The notes: a model not told the origin generated them from the sequence alone. A DNA stretch of 63,350 bases, filler included, from Octopus bimaculoides (GCF_001194135.2; 8 parts of 6 records of this genome joined end to end with filler, not necessarily neighbours in it); one strand, 5' to 3'. Shown: positions 25,677 through 40,160, counted from the whole stretch's first letter. Numbers and translations: made by a program.

Positions 25677-25990
25677 TGTAGACCTAAAGACCCTTTAAAA
25701 AAGTGTACAGGATGATCACAGTTGGAATACCTTTGATTATAGTTTTGTGGTGTCAAGGTTGACATATGGTCAAACAGTATTAACCACAACACGGCTACAG
25801 AAATGACAGCAACTTCACACTGCCATTGCTACTCGCAGTAACAACAGCAGCAGCAACAGCAACAAGAACAAGCCGTCAACACTAATAGCATTACAAGCGA
25901 CCCGTACTGGGTGGTCGTCATGCTAGAAATAGCACTGTATCATCTTAGAAAAGTGAAGGACATACTAGGTAATGTAGACCCAGATGCACT

Positions 25991-26362
25991 CCATCGCTTA
26001 CGACGACGAGGGTTCCAGTTGATCTGATCAACGAAACAGCCTGCTCGTGAAATTAACGTACAAGTGGCTGAGCACTCCACAGACACGTGTACCCTTAACG
26101 TAGTTCTCGGGGATATTCAGCGTGACACAGTGTGACAAGGCTGACCCTTTGAATTACAGGCACAACAGAAACTGGAAGTAAGAGTGAGAGAAAGTTGTGG
26201 TGAAAGAGTACAGCAGGGTTCGCCACCATCCCCTGCCGGAGCCTCGTGGAGCTTTAGGTGTTTTCGCTCAATAAACGCTCACAACGCCCGGTCTGGGAAT
26301 CGAAGCCGCGATCCTATGACCGCGAGTCCGCTGCCCTAACCACTGGGCCATTGCGCCTCCAC
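25991..26362 (-). mobile_element. SINE family B, full-length with 16-bp TSD
   Basis: TAGACCCAGATGCACT 25975-25990 / TAGATCCAGATGCACT 26363-26378. Confidence 0.9.
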
Positions 26363-29184
26363 TAGATCCAGATGCACTATGTTGGAAAATAAGACAGTGT
26401 AGTCAAGACTGGAACGCCTTTTGTCAGAGGATCTGAACAATGTGAACAACAACATCACCAGGACCCCTGTCTCTGACTCCAATTGTCGGAATAGAAGTTT
26501 TTATACGCAAGTTTTGGACATGTTCAGTAACAATTCTTTCCAATTCTAGCACAAGACCAGCAATTTAGATGGGAGGGGGAAATCGATTGTATCGATCCCA
26601 GGACATGACTAGGTCGAGGCACGTGGCTTAGTGGTTAAGGTGTTGGACTCATAATCGTAAGATTGTAGTTTCGATTCCTGGACCGGGCGACGCGTTGTGC
26701 TCTTGAGTAAAACACTTCCTTTCACTTTGCTCCAGTCCACTCTGCTGGTAAACATGAGTAACCCTGTGACTAATCGAGGTCCCGTTCAAGGAGGAAATAC
26801 ATGCGCCACGGAAACCGAGAAACCGGTCTTATCAGTTTATATGACTCAAGAAGGCTCTGCGTAGAAACGAGTCAGCCAGCTCGTCGCCGTTATATTCAGC
26901 AATAATAAACATCTTTCGGCCTTCAGATCAATATTGGTCTGAAAAGAAATATTTTTGGTTCCTTTCTCATTCAACTTCCTTCTGACTTGAATCGCTTCAT
27001 ATGGGGTATGTGAAGCTTTGCATTATTCTCTCACTTTTTGATTTTTGATTACTCTTTTATTTTTGATTACATTTCATAATAATGTATTTGATATTCTTTG
27101 CCTTTTGGGTTGATCCGTTATTGCTATACGCGGCGACGAATTGGTTAAGTGGTTAGACCGTCGGAAAGATTGCCTTATGGAATTCGTTTTGGATTTCTGT
27201 GATCAAATCCCACCAATGTGAGCTTTACTTTTTATTCTTGCAGAATCGATAAATAACGTACCAGACCTGTAAAACATTCGATTCTTTTTCTTTCTTCCTT
27301 TCATTCTTTCTTTACACGGATTCCACCGGCTCTAAAAAGGCCAAAGACACGTCGAGTATGGCGACGAAACTCAACTCGAACTTCGTCAGAAGCTAAGGAC
27401 CCAAAGCAAGACCCGATAGTTATCCTTAGCGGTTATGTTTTCAGCTCATGGTTTCCCTCATTTACTCTCGTTTTTCTGCATATTTCTTGAAACAATTTTC
27501 CAAATTTTCTATTTCGTAAACAGTTTTATTTTATAAATTTCATAATAATTTGTGTGAGGCCCAGCCGTCCGAAGAAGAAGCCACTCTTTCCTTAGATGCA
27601 TAGTAAATACAGCATGTTTAGCTTAAACTTAAAATGATATCTTATATATCCTGTCATATGTAGCCTTGTTTTCCTGCCTATGTTTCTTAGCTTACTTAAT
27701 TTTAAATTCATCACATTTAAACCGTATCTAATTACTGAGATAACATCTAATGTATTATTAATTATTAGTTTGCTTATGTTTTTTTTAAACATTTGCATTT
27801 AGTCTGGTTTCCGACATTATTATGAGTCATTTATAATATATCAGTTTTTCATCTTTCTACTCTCTATTTTACCTACTTCATTTTGTCATAAGTATCCTTA
27901 GTACATTGATTTATAATCTTGATGTCTCTGTCTTCGTGCTTTTTCTTTAAGCCAGGTGACTTTGGTATATTTCTCAAGTTCTATGTTTATGCAAAGGGTT
28001 TCACTGAATTGTTAAGCTGTTCTGTATCAGGCTTCCAGTTGGCTGTCGTTGTTTGCATTGAGACATCATAGATATGGTATATTCGATGAGCTTTCACAGT
28101 AGAAAGAACAGCAGTTGTAACAACTAGGAAGTCTTTTAACTGGTCGTTCAACCTGCTAGAAATAACAGCTAAATGTCCTCGTATTCATTTCGTTGTACGT
28201 ATTCCTCTACCCTCTTAAAATAAACAATAAGAGATTGGATCATGAATACTTCCTTCATCACATCTTTTACTTGTTCCAGTCTTCCCAATTTCACTCGTAT
28301 GGCGCTTGGATAACTCTGAGAACATAGTGGAAGATACTGATCTATTGTAAACGTGGTTGTTAGTAGTCCCGTGTGTTCTGTTAGAAATGTTAGTACGAGA
28401 TAATAAAGAAAGTGAGGGGACAACGATTAAGCCTGAAAACTTCCCCATATTATAGAGACTTAGATTCTGTTTATATTCTCTTTGCTATTATTACATTGCT
28501 ATACACTTTTCTTGGCGTTCGTGACGTAACGTAGAGCGGGACATAGTGTTCAGGGTAGTGGATTCACGATCGTAAGATTGTGATTTCGAGTGAAACACTT
28601 CATTTCACGTTGCTCCAGTCCACTCAGCTGGCAAAAATGAGTAATCCTACGACGGACTGGCGTCCCGTCCAGGTGGGGAATATATACGCCATGGAAACCG
28701 GCCCTTATGAATCTATTATAACACGAAAAAGAACGTCACTTCCTTTTCTTTTTACTTACCGATATAACTGCTTAAAATTGCCGCCATTGCATTTTTTTTT
28801 AAATGGCTGCAATATCTAAGTCACTAGGGTCTTACAAGATATAGCTTCCAATCTCTAAGATACTAGGGTCTACTACTAGTTAATTAATTCTATGTTTAAA
28901 TTGTTGTTGTTCTGTTGTATTTTGTTAATGCAAAGTTTGATCCTAACATTCGTATGTTTCCCTGGGTAAGTTTTATATGTTTTTCCTGGTATTTGAAGAT
29001 GAGGTCAGAGAGTATATGTGTCAATGCTTTGTTATTAAACAGCTGATCGGCCTACGGTTGTTGCTGACAAACAGCTGATCGGCTTATAGTTGTTGCGTAA
29101 CGCAAGGTCAGCCTTGAGCGAGCAGACAGATCTGTTGGTTAAAGAACATCATATTAATCGGTCTATAGTTTTTGAGTCAGTGGT

Positions 29185-29222
<38 letters not shown>

Positions 29223-31104
29223 TTGTATGAAAGTAATCGTATGTTGTAATAGTCAGTCCGATGTTATTCATAGTCAACCTAGCAGGCTATCGACAGCCTT
29301 TACAAGGGTCTTTTGTGCAGTTAAAAGATATTTCAGCCAAACGTTTGACTTGCTGTCTGTCCATTACATGCATTTTTCAATTATTATTATTATTTTCTGT
29401 ATAATGTTGAAGTAACTTTCTCATTTGATATATCTCACCAGGCTTGCTTTTGTCGAGGAGTCTCCTTTGTAATTCATTCTGCCCCTTTGTTGTGACTGAC
29501 AGCTTTCTCATAAGTCTATCCAATATTTTCTCTATTTCTAGATTCGTAAGTGATACTTTCTCTGACTTACTTAATCTTCTATATAATGCACTGAGTTTCT
29601 CTAAAATGTTTTGTATTTAAAGAAACATTCTCTTATTTCTCTTTTTTTCCCTCTTTCTAAATATATATATTTAAACATTCGAGTTCTCTAAATATTCTAG
29701 GTTTCTTTATTTTAGTTTTCGAGTTTTCTGACGAATTTTTTTCTTTCTCTCTACCTCTCTTTACATTTTTCTTTTATAATATTGCTGTTATAGCTTGGTG
29801 AGAGAAGTGCTCACTTATCCACCCATTATTCTTTACTACTATTACAGAAACTGACTGGGTAACTGAGTCGATTCATTGTTTCAATGATAGTTGTATCACT
29901 TACTCATTCTGAAATTTCCCCAAGCCCTGTAATACCTATTGTTAATGTTTCTTGATGCTTCAAATACGACGCTTTTATGGGAAGGAAACAACAAAATTGA
30001 AAGCTTTGAAACAGCACGACGGATTCGCGGTGACGTCAGCCCGTCGAATAAAATGCCTAACGGTATTTATTTCGGCTCTTTGCTTTCTAAGCTCAAATCT
30101 CGCTGAGGTTAGCTTTGCCTTAATTTTTCAAGGACTGGTAAATAAAGCACCAATTTAGGTAAGCGGACTAACAGAATCGTGAAAGTGTCAAATGTGACGC
30201 CTTTTGGTGTTTCTTTGATTATTTGAATTCTGAGTTCAATTGATATTGGGTGGGAGATTTGATTCCAGACCTTAGGGGACTCAAAAATTCGAGCTTGTAT
30301 ATATTTTACAAACCATAAACCACCATATATTAGAACTTTTGTTGACATTCTGGTATTACTGGTATTTTCATACGATCCCTATGTTACTGTTTGATAGCCG
30401 ATGACAACAGTACGGATGGGAGTTAGTGTCATGTGACTTTAAGAGCAGCCGATATATTGTTATAGTATGTAAAATTTTTCAATTGTCTATTACTAAACAT
30501 GAAAATTAAGAAACACTAACACCAACAAACATTTTAACTTTCTTTCCAAACTTGCTTTCCTTTTCAATTCAAAGGAATAAATGAATTATTAACAATTAAC
30601 GAATCTAAACAACTTATAGACACTACACTATTTCTAAACAGGTGCGTCATATTTACAACGCTTGGACCATATCATCGAAAGGAACGTTACTAAAATGTAT
30701 GTGGAAAGCCTTTTTTTTTCTGTTCAGTTATGCGTTCTATGAAACAACGAAAATAGAAGAACCCAGTCAAGAAAGGCAATGGAGATTAGCACAGGAAAGA
30801 AAATTAAATCAGCGACAACGGCAAATTTGATCATTTTCAGTTCTAAATACTGTTTGTATGCCATACTTCCTGATATTACAACTGATGGCAAAATTATATG
30901 CCAGAAGTTATATATATATAAAGATATAAAGAGGAGGAGACGAGCAGTTAGAAAAGCAAACTCCATGCGTGTTGAATGGCCGTTGTTTTTAAATAAAAAA
31001 AGGGCATTTCTCCTTGATACGAAAATGATGTAAGGCGAGCGAGAAAAATGAAGTCTATTTTAAGGCCAGCGTGGTTAATACAAAACTAGTTTCACGTTTA
31101 ATGT

Positions 31105-31233
31105 ACGGGACTTATATTTGTTAGTCTAGTACTTATTCTATCGGTCTCTTTGCCGAACCACAATGTTACGGGGACATAAACAGACCAGCATCGGTTGTCA
31201 AGTGATGTTGGGGGCACAAACACAGACACGCAA

Positions 31234-31285
<52 letters not shown>

Positions 31286-31450
31286 GACGGGTTTCTTTCA
31301 GTTTCCGTCTATCAAATCCACTCACATGGCTTTGGTCGACCCGAGGCTATAATAGACGACACTTGCCCAAGGTGCCTCGCAATGGACTGAACCCGGAACC
31401 ATGTTGATGGTAAGCAAGCTACTTACCACACATCCACTCCTGCGCCTATA
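31105..31450 (-). mobile_element. SINE family A copy lacking extreme tail
   Basis: Reverse-complement match to family A. Confidence 0.8.
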
Positions 31451-31985
31451 TTAAAGGGAAAGCCGACCTCGGCGGAATTTGAACTCAGAACGTAAAGACA
31501 GACATTTCCTCCGGCGCGCTAAAGTTTCTGCCAGCTTGCCTTATCNNNNNNNNNNNNNNNNNNNNNNNNNNNNNNNNNNNNNNNNNNNNTTAATTAATTA
31601 ANNNNNNNNNNNNNNNNNNNNNNNNNNNNNNNNNNNNNNNNNNNNAGCAAACACTGAATCTGCCCCCACTGTCACAAACACACTATTTCTTTCTCTCTTT
31701 CTTTCTCTCTGTGTCTGTCTGTCTGTCTCTCTCTTTCACGCGCGTACGCACAGATTTGACTTCGCCATGTCAACAATCTTCAAAATTGCTAAAAGTTTAT
31801 CGATTTTTACAGGTATACGCGGGTACCTCTGAGAGAGAAAGTTCACTAAAATGCACATAGGGTCATTCCGAATCTTCTCCTAAAATTGGAGCGACATGCG
31901 TGCTAATTTGTGGACGTGCATAAACCACATTCACGTACACACACACACAAACGTCCTCTCTTTTATAGATATTGATTTGCGTTAA

Positions 31986-32200
31986 AGCGGCGAGTTGGCA
32001 GAATCGTTAGCACGCCGGACAAAATACTTTGCAACATTTCATCCGTCTTCACGTTCTGAGATTAAATTCCGCCGACGTCGACTTTGCTTTTCATCCTTTC
32101 GGGTCGATTAAATAAGTACCAGTTGAGTACCGTGGGCGATGCAATCGACTTACCCCTCTCCGAAATTGCTGGCCTTGTGCCAAAATTTGAAATCAATATG
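31986..32200 (+). mobile_element. SINE family C (GGCGGCGAGCTGGCAGAATCGTTAGC head), full-length
   Basis: Box A-like TGGCAGAATCG, box B-like GAGTTCAAATTCC; same family at 56478-56670, 31450-31545, 21440-21650, 41415-41960, 59370-59760. Confidence 0.8.
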
Positions 32201-32593
32201 TATTTGTATCTATGAATAGATATATACGTGTGTATGCCTGCTTGTGTGTTTGTTTGTATGCATCTGCATATGTGCTTCTTACATGCATCTTCAATGAACA
32301 ACCGATTTCCAGAAACGCTTACAGTATAGTTTGCCTCCCAAATTCCTATAAAAGTGAAGTTACCTTTGCCTCCCTCCCTAACTCCTTCCCCTTTCATTCT
32401 TTTCTTCCTTCCTCTGTCTCTTCCGTTATCCATCTATCCATATATACATACACACATTGAGATTTACTCACGCTCTATTAAAGTTCCGTGAACATCTTTC
32501 TATCGGTTAGATGGAGCAGTTAAAACAATTACTGTTGCTAAGTTCACACAAACTTAAACCATTTTGATAAAAAGCTATTTTTACTAGTTTAAT

Positions 32594-32970
32594 TATTACC
32601 TCCGCCTTCGCTAAAGTGGAGGTATTGTTTTTCAGTCGTGTTTGCTTGTTTGTTTGTCCGTGGACAAGATATTTCAAGAATCACTGGATGGATTCGAATG
32701 AAACTTTCAGGGATGTTTAACCTTGGGAATCGCACGAACTGATTAGATTTTGGGATCGATCCGGTACCGGACAAAGATTCTGGATAATTTTCCGTTTTTT
32801 TTTTTTTTTTACTTAATTTTTGAGAGCGGTCGGATTCATTTTTAGTATTCTCGTTTGTGAGAGAAGTCGAGTTTATTTCAGATATTCTCGTTTTAAAAAA
32901 ATCATCGGCTAATCGTTGAGAGGATGTTGGTGTTGCCTTGGCGGAGGTTTGCGCTGAGTGCTCTTGTTTT
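32594..32970 (+). mobile_element. Helentron-associated non-autonomous element (HINE/DINE-like)
   Basis: 5' TACCTCCGCC...GTGGAGG sub-terminal hairpin, (TTTG)n, 3' GGCGGAGG inverted copy followed by GCGCT..AGTGC hairpin, T-rich flanks. Confidence 0.65.
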
Positions 32971-33508
32971 TAGTAGCTTAATCATAGTCTTACTTGTGAA
33001 AGCAACGAACATGAGACCCTTACTATACATTGCGTTTCAAATGATCAACTACGTAACATTTTAAAAAGATTTTATTTAAAAACTACTCGTTGGAATTCAA
33101 TGAAATTTCCACAGAATGATGGTAACAGTTATATGCGTGTGGTGCGTAAAAAAACATGAGGTTTTACACAAGAGTAAACAAACCGCGACCATTTGCATGA
33201 TTTCCACGAACTTTCAGTGTTCCAAATTATTAACGAGTGTTCTGATAATCGTGTAATTATGGGTCGTAATGTGACTTAACTCCTTCAGAGAAATATGGCA
33301 TTACATTTAAACTTGCGAAACGTATATCAACATTAGAAATATCTAAAATATTGGGAAGATATCACTAAACTTTGAAAAGATTTGCTACAGCTTCTACGAA
33401 GATACGTAAGAGAGTCGACAAGGATCAATCGAGGGTTGTTTCTTAGCAAATTTTGCTGCAACGGGCTTATCCTACAGAGAACTTTTCCGGTTACTTTTGG
33501 GTATCTCC

Positions 33509-33559
<51 letters not shown>

Positions 33560-33562
<3 letters not shown>

Positions 33563-33730
33563 GTGGTGGTTGTCTACTCCTTATGCAGAGTTTGACCATC
33601 TCCTGTACCTACATCTTAGAACTATCATGGCATCTGATGTAGCTTTTTAAACCAGACAATGTTTTGAAAAGACAACTGCATAGATTGCATATCCAATTTG
33701 GACCACCAAGAGTTGCAGTTAAGTTTTGAT
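33560..33730 (-). mobile_element. RTE-like LINE 3' end with degenerate C2H2 finger, ending in (TG)n
   Basis: CNLCSCLFKTLSGLKSYIRCH at 33627-33689 fits C-x2-C-x3-F-x5-L-x2-H-x3-H with H>Y (TAC); short 3'UTR then microsatellite. Confidence 0.55.
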
Positions 33731-33809
33731 CTTTGTGAATCTAAAACGAAATCCCTAACAAAAGCATATTAGTCCTTACTACATTCAGTATATTTTGGGG
33801 TTCACGGAT

Positions 33810-34609
33810 TTACCGTCTTTCAGTACTAATAGTGGATTCTATTTTTTGTTGGATGTAAGTTTCACTAATAGTCCTGTGAAATTTTGTTGCTTGAGGATTA
33901 TAGGACATACCAGAAGAGTTTCTGTTAGTTGCATGCATATTTCTCTGTATTCTTTTCAGTATGCGTATACGAATTATAACTAGCATATGAGTTACTAGAA
34001 CAAAGACGAATGCAGCAAAGCATTCAAAACTATGGCATAATGAGTAATATAAATTGTATCATTTTTATCTTCAGAAAATAGGCACTCTTCACCAAAGAAC
34101 TCATGCGAAGGAATCTCTATGTTTTGCGTGCTATGAATAACAAGTACTGGCAACTTGAAGATAAGAGACAAACATAAAACTAATACTAAAATACTTGGCG
34201 ACTTTTCATGCAAAAAGTATCGATTGCCGTATCAACATACTCGCACACATGTATCAGCTGCTATAATGAAAACAATCAAGGATGAATTGGATAGTCCTAT
34301 TGCAATAATAAAGCGCATCAAGCGACACACATCATCAGTGTGAAAGTTCAAAGGAAAACATAAAATTACAATTTCCAAAATAATACATATGAAGCAAGTT
34401 AAAAAATCACAAAAAGAAAACGCTGTCAGGAACAGTTTTCTCGAGTTTATAATAATACATATATATATAACAATACTAATTCCAATATCCCCGTTCACCA
34501 TAATAATTCCCATAAAAATAAATGCAGGAAAATAGGTGTCCACCAGTACATCAATCAACCGTTGCAAGATGTTGGCAGACATTTTTGACATTTCTTCTGT
34601 TTGTATCAA
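33810..34609 (-). pseudogene. Single-exon class A (rhodopsin-like, neuropeptide-receptor-like) GPCR pseudogene, TM1-TM5 plus ICL3
   Basis: TM1 NGDIGISIVIY, TM2 LFLTAFSFCDFLTCF..EIVIL.FP..F, ECL1/TM3 DVCRLMRF, decayed DRY motif IAADTCVRVC. In-frame TGA at 34232-34234, then TM4/ECL2 Cys/TM5 in the same frame (ORF 33995-34213). A frameshift near 34000 continues FVLVTHMLVIIRIRILKRIQRNM. TM6-7 not found. Confidence 0.8.
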
Positions 34610-37600
34610 CTTCCATGGAATCCGTTTTCAATTTTGGTGTTCTCTTTGAGATCAGTAGAAACTATCTGGAAAGATGAAATAAAAATTATAAACACATGCA
34701 TGTAAATATTGAAATTATAGGAAAGAACTGCTTAGGAAATTATTTATCAAAGAAAGCGGATTGCCACAGAAGTAGTTTAGTTAAATTTTCTATCAATATT
34801 AACCGATAGTTTTGTAATACAATGAAAACAGATGATTTATGTTTTAATGAGTTTAATAATAGTTGACCATTTCATCATTAGACTTTCTGATATTTTTGAG
34901 AAAGCCAAAAATTACTGAATTCTTCATTTCAAATTCGAAATGTGATTTGAGTAGTACATTTTAGCCATTGTAACATTAGAATACAATTCCTCGTAACTAA
35001 CGAAAGAATAATACTATAGGTTACTGCAGTAAACCATTGCATTTACTGCAGTAAAACATATTGCATGCCTGGCATATACAGCTACAGAAAAACCAGTTTC
35101 CCCTGAGAAAACTGGTTTTTCTGTAGCAGTGTGCGTATCTCTTTCAGTGTAAGTTGTGTATGCTTAAGAAATTGTCCTATTCAAGAGCATTATATAGTTC
35201 CTTCTACTTTTGTTTTAGTTCTTATTCAGAATTATTGATTTCTTATTCATGTAGACTGCATTGTGTCATATGTGAACCACATTTCGCTTGTAAGTTCCAT
35301 TTCTGGAATAGCCTAGAATGTTTTCCATGTCTGGTACACTATACACTTGGTGCACTTTATCACGCCACAGGCTGCTCGGACGTTCTCCCATGCGAAGAAA
35401 ATAAAGCTTAAATTTCTTTTAGTTTAGTTACTGGATTCTATTCCGCTATGAAATAAGGCACGAACGTCATAACATATCGCGTGTTATCGTTTACTATGAA
35501 TGTACGGTATTTGTAACAAATAAATATCTTCTGTATTGTGATAATTTCTTTTCGTCTTTCTGCTATTTATATTTCAGTTTCCAAAGTAATTAGTGATATA
35601 TGTTTATTTCCCTTGTATGTCGTTTATATAATTTCTATTTTTGTACTCTTGTGAAGGTCACACTCTGGTACTTCCTGTTGAAACGGGATACGTTATTACT
35701 AATGAAATAAATGTGAACTATTCATGTTCATTGCATTTTCTTTGCCATAGAAAGATGTACCATCACATTATGAAATATTGAGGAAAGGGATTTTGCCCAT
35801 TAAGAATCACAGACACGAGTATCGTCAAACACTCTAAAGACAGGTAGTCGTTAGACAGGTAGTCGTATGAACAATGGAGAAATACCTTGCAGTATTTATT
35901 CCTGTTTCTGCGTTATGAGTTCAAATGTCGCTGAGGTCACCTTTTCCTTTTATCTTTCTGGGGTCGATGAATGAATAGCCTAGGGTGATGGAGTGGTGCA
36001 CTTATTTAAGCGTCAGAATGGTGCACTCATTTAAGCGTCGGAATGGTGCACAACAATATGAAATCAAATGACTAAAATATTCCGTGTGTATTTTTATCGC
36101 GTGTGCATTTGTTAGACCCTATTATGAACAAATTCTACACTCACTAATATACTCAGAAGGTCATAATCGAGAAAATGAACCATTCGACCATTAAACCAAC
36201 GAGAAATCCTGAACACCAGAGCTGTGAAACCTTTGTTCTTTTTTTTATTCCTAATCTCAAAATTTTTCTGATTTCAATAATCTTAAAAATAAATAAAGAA
36301 ATACAAAAACATAACCAGAGTAATAATAACTTAATTTCTGATTTAGGCAAAAGACCAGTAATTTTGAGAAGAACAAAATTGATAACATTGATTGACTGGT
36401 ACTTTGTTTTATCGGCTCTAGAAAAGAAAAAATGCAAAGCTGGCACTGGTACACAGAAAGCATCGGATGAATTACAAGGTATTTCCACCGACGTTCTAAT
36501 GATTTTGCCGGCTCATCACCTAACACAACAACAGCAAAATGAAATGAATGATAAGCTTATTATACAACAAGCTTAGTAATCAAAAATCGTAAATCAAATA
36601 TTACGAGCTAATTCGCTTAAATATTACATGCCCGACGGAATAGACAGAAAGAAGTATAGATTCTTTCTTCCTGTTCCTTTTCTAGTTTTTCATCCATTAA
36701 CTCTTACATACACTTTATAAAGATCTCTCGAAATTCTATATGCATCCCAGTTTCCTAATATGATAATGAGAGAGTGCTTTTATGTATTTGTATATATATA
36801 TTTACCCAAAATCACAGAGTAGGAGTAGGACAGAGTAGGAGAAAGAGTAGTATAAGTGAAGGGAGAGGAGAGAAAATAGTAATTCAGTGAAGGAGAAGTA
36901 GTGAGAGTGATAGCCCTGACTGAGAGAGAGCGAGAGAAAGTAATAGCAATGAGAGAAAGGAAGTGGCAAATTGCGTGTCGTGTATCTTCTATTTTTCTCC
37001 TTCACAACACATGGAGGAGAAAGGAAGGGGTGATAGATGAATATCGAAGGAAGAGGTGAAAAAAATTAGCGTTTCAACTGTGTGTGAGTATATGTGGGTA
37101 TATGTAAAAGGGAGGTATGTGAGTATGTGCGTGTGTGTGCGTGTACGTTTGTGCGTGTGTGCGTGTGTGCGTGTGTGTGTGTGTGTACGTTTGTGTGTGT
37201 GTGTGTGTGTGTGTCTGTGTATGTGCAATGGAAATAGGATGATGAACGTTCAACGCTGAAAAGAAAAATCAAACAGCATTTCAACACTGTTCGAGTATAT
37301 GTGTGCACGTACAAGGGAAGTATGAGTATGCTTGTATCTGTGATTATTAATTACCTTATTTAATCCCTTATTTATAAATAAAATACTACAATTAGCTGTC
37401 ATTTTTGACGGCACAGGGTCAGCTAGTGTAATTTATAAAACAACGCTCCATATTTATAAAGATTTGAATTGTTCATACAGTGACAATAAAATGAAACTTA
37501 AATATCCTTTCCTCGGTCCTTGCTTAGCCCTTCCTAAACTGCTTCAAATGTCTCTTTTATACAGCTTCTTCAACTGAATAATGAATGTCTATCTTTTATA

Positions 37601-37769
37601 CAGCTTCTTCAACTGAATAATGTTTGAGCTTTGTTTTCTCGCCACATTCAAACTAGTTCGCATATATGCCCCGCAGATAGAAACACTTGTTGTACGAACA
37701 TAAACTTACTTTCGATTAACCTTTCCACGTAAATCATAAACCTACATCTTTGTTGGGCTAGTTTATTCG

Positions 37770-38270
37770 TTTCAGTCATTTGTTTCAGTCAAAAGACTGT
37801 GGCCATGCTGGGGTAACGCGTTGTCGGAGTTTTAGACGACTGAATCGACTGCAGTACTTATTTTTTGTTAAGCCTGGTACTTATTCTATCGGTCTCTTTG
37901 TCGAACCGCTAATTTGCGGGGACGTAAACACAGCAACACCGGTTATCAAGCGGCGGTAGGGTTACAAATACAGACAAACACACACACACACGCAAACACA
38001 CAAATATACATACACACACATATATATACGTATGCGTGCATGCATGCATGTATGTATGTATGTATGTATGCATGTATGTATGTATGTATGTATGTATGTA
38101 TTATGTATGTATGTATACGACGGGCTTCTTTTAGCTTCCGTCTACCAAATTCACTCACAATGTTTTGGTCGCCCCGAAGCTATAATAGATGATACTTGCC
38201 CACGGTGCGATGCAGAGGGACTGAACCCAGAACCATGTGGTTGGGAAGCAGGCTTTTTACCACATAGCTG
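37770..38270 (-). mobile_element. SINE family A copy with expanded (ATGT)n core
   Basis: Reverse-complement match to family A. Confidence 0.75.
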
Positions 38271-39519
38271 TATTAATTTCTACAACATTTATGGAATTCA
38301 GTGTTTGTTACTTAAAAAGAAAACATTGTGTTGATATGTGTTTTCGATAGCCTACATTTTTAACAATTCTTATGATTCCATTTTTGTAGCATGCAAAGTG
38401 GCTTAGGGTGCAAATATTTCAACATTCCTTCACACAGTTATTCCAGTATCAATGCAATTGATCATTGCAGAGTGCATAGTGTTTCAAATTCCAGAAATGC
38501 TTAGCGTTTCCCAGAGCTGTAAAGCTCCTTGCTATCTGTTATATATTATTTTATATATTTACATCAGATATTTCGGTCTATTATCCCACCCAAAAATATA
38601 TTTTCATATATTCCTTAATATACGTATTATCTATCATCACATGTACTTGAGTGTTTATTTTACAATTTTCAAACAACATAATCTCTTTTCTGTTCTAGTT
38701 TAATAAAACTTTATCTATGTCATTAACCGTTTAATTTTTCTCATTTTTATTGCAAAAATCTCCAAAAGGTACCGCAAATTCTTACCAGAAAAAAAAAAAT
38801 ATTTGTGGTTTGCTAGTAATAAAATTTCAATATATTTTTATACCGCGCGTAAACCCAAGCTATTGCAATACCTGGGGACCAGGTCCTGCAGTAACCTGGG
38901 ATTCATAGGTACTTATGCTATCGTACCTCTTTTTGTCGAACTGCTATCTTACGGAAACCTAAACAAACGCTCACCGGTTGCCAAACACAAACACAAAAGT
39001 AAAAATATATACACACACATGCATATGACACATAATATGTGTGTGTGCGTGTGTGTGTGTGTAAGTGCGCGGGCGTGTGTATGTTAAAAACATATAATAA
39101 ATGCACAAACAAACAGAAAACACACGCAGATGTTATCGGCCAGAGGGTCACGCGCAATTTCGCGCCTGCAGCAATAATATTAATCCACTTCTGGTGACTT
39201 CGGCCGCATGAGGCTGCCGGGAAATGGCAAGCCAACGAACAAGGGACCAAACATGATAAGAAGTGATTAAACAAACAAGAAGTAAATATGCAAAACAGAA
39301 ACTGGAGATACGAACATGAATAAATGTGATTCAAGATGTGACCATTTGTGGACGGACGAGGGACAAAGATGATAACAAGCAAGACGAAATGTGAACATAC
39401 GAAAAAACTGAAATAAATAAACAGAATACGGCCTTAGGGAGCTGCAGAGGTCGAAAATATGGTTAACGCCACGAGGAATATCCTAAAATATTAGAAACAA
39501 AAGGACAACAGATAGACAG

Positions 39520-40160
39520 CGAGACTTCGGTATCTCCTGCAAGTCTTCTGGACGGTCTCCCTGTTTACGTTGATAAATGCCGCAATAATCCTTGCCTTCA
39601 GTTCAACTTTGGTATTACAAGAAGTTTTGTTGGTCTCCCGCTCAATTGCGCTCCACGCGTAATAATCAAAGGGGCTGTAGTCTGGGGAGTTAGGTAGCCA
39701 GATGTTAGGTATAGTGTGGTCGCAGAAATTTTCTGACAGCCATCACTGGGTTCTCCTGCTCGTGTGGCATGGTGCAGAATCCTGTTGCCAGACATAGGGT
39801 CTTCCAGCCGCCACCCTCTTGACCCAAGGAAGCACTACCTCCTCCAGGCACTGGATGTAGGCCTCCGTGTTGTATTTGAAGCTGTGTGAGAAGATGAATG
39901 GAGACATAACGTCGCCATCCCTAGTGATCACTTCAAACACCATGATGTTGACTGGATGCTTGATTTTTATCACTCTCGGTACATGTCCTCAGATTTCACT
40001 GTCCTCAGATTGACACCCAAACACTCTGAAATGTTCGTATTGGAACTTCCGGCGCGAATGCTAAGCAGTACAGCATGTCGTTTCCAAATTTCTGGTAGAG
40101 TGAATTGCGTGATGGTGCTGTTTTTCTCACAGACAGTGCTTAACTGACCCTACTATACTG
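39520..40160 (-). mobile_element. Internally deleted Tc1/mariner-superfamily (maT/DD37D-like) transposase relic
   Basis: N-terminal LPEIWKRHAVLLSIRAG..ISECLGVNLRTV joined to catalytic KHPVNIMVFEVITRDGDVM...WQQDSAPCHTS...WLPNSPDYSPFDYYAWSAIE. Confidence 0.85.

Noticed and set aside
30728-30830. Possible terminal exon after a strong acceptor (YAFYETTKIEEPSQERQW...)
   Set aside because: No linked upstream exon or recognisable homology; insufficient support.
36175-36576. 133-aa ORF on the + strand
   Set aside because: Contains decayed family C SINE sequence and has no domain-like features.
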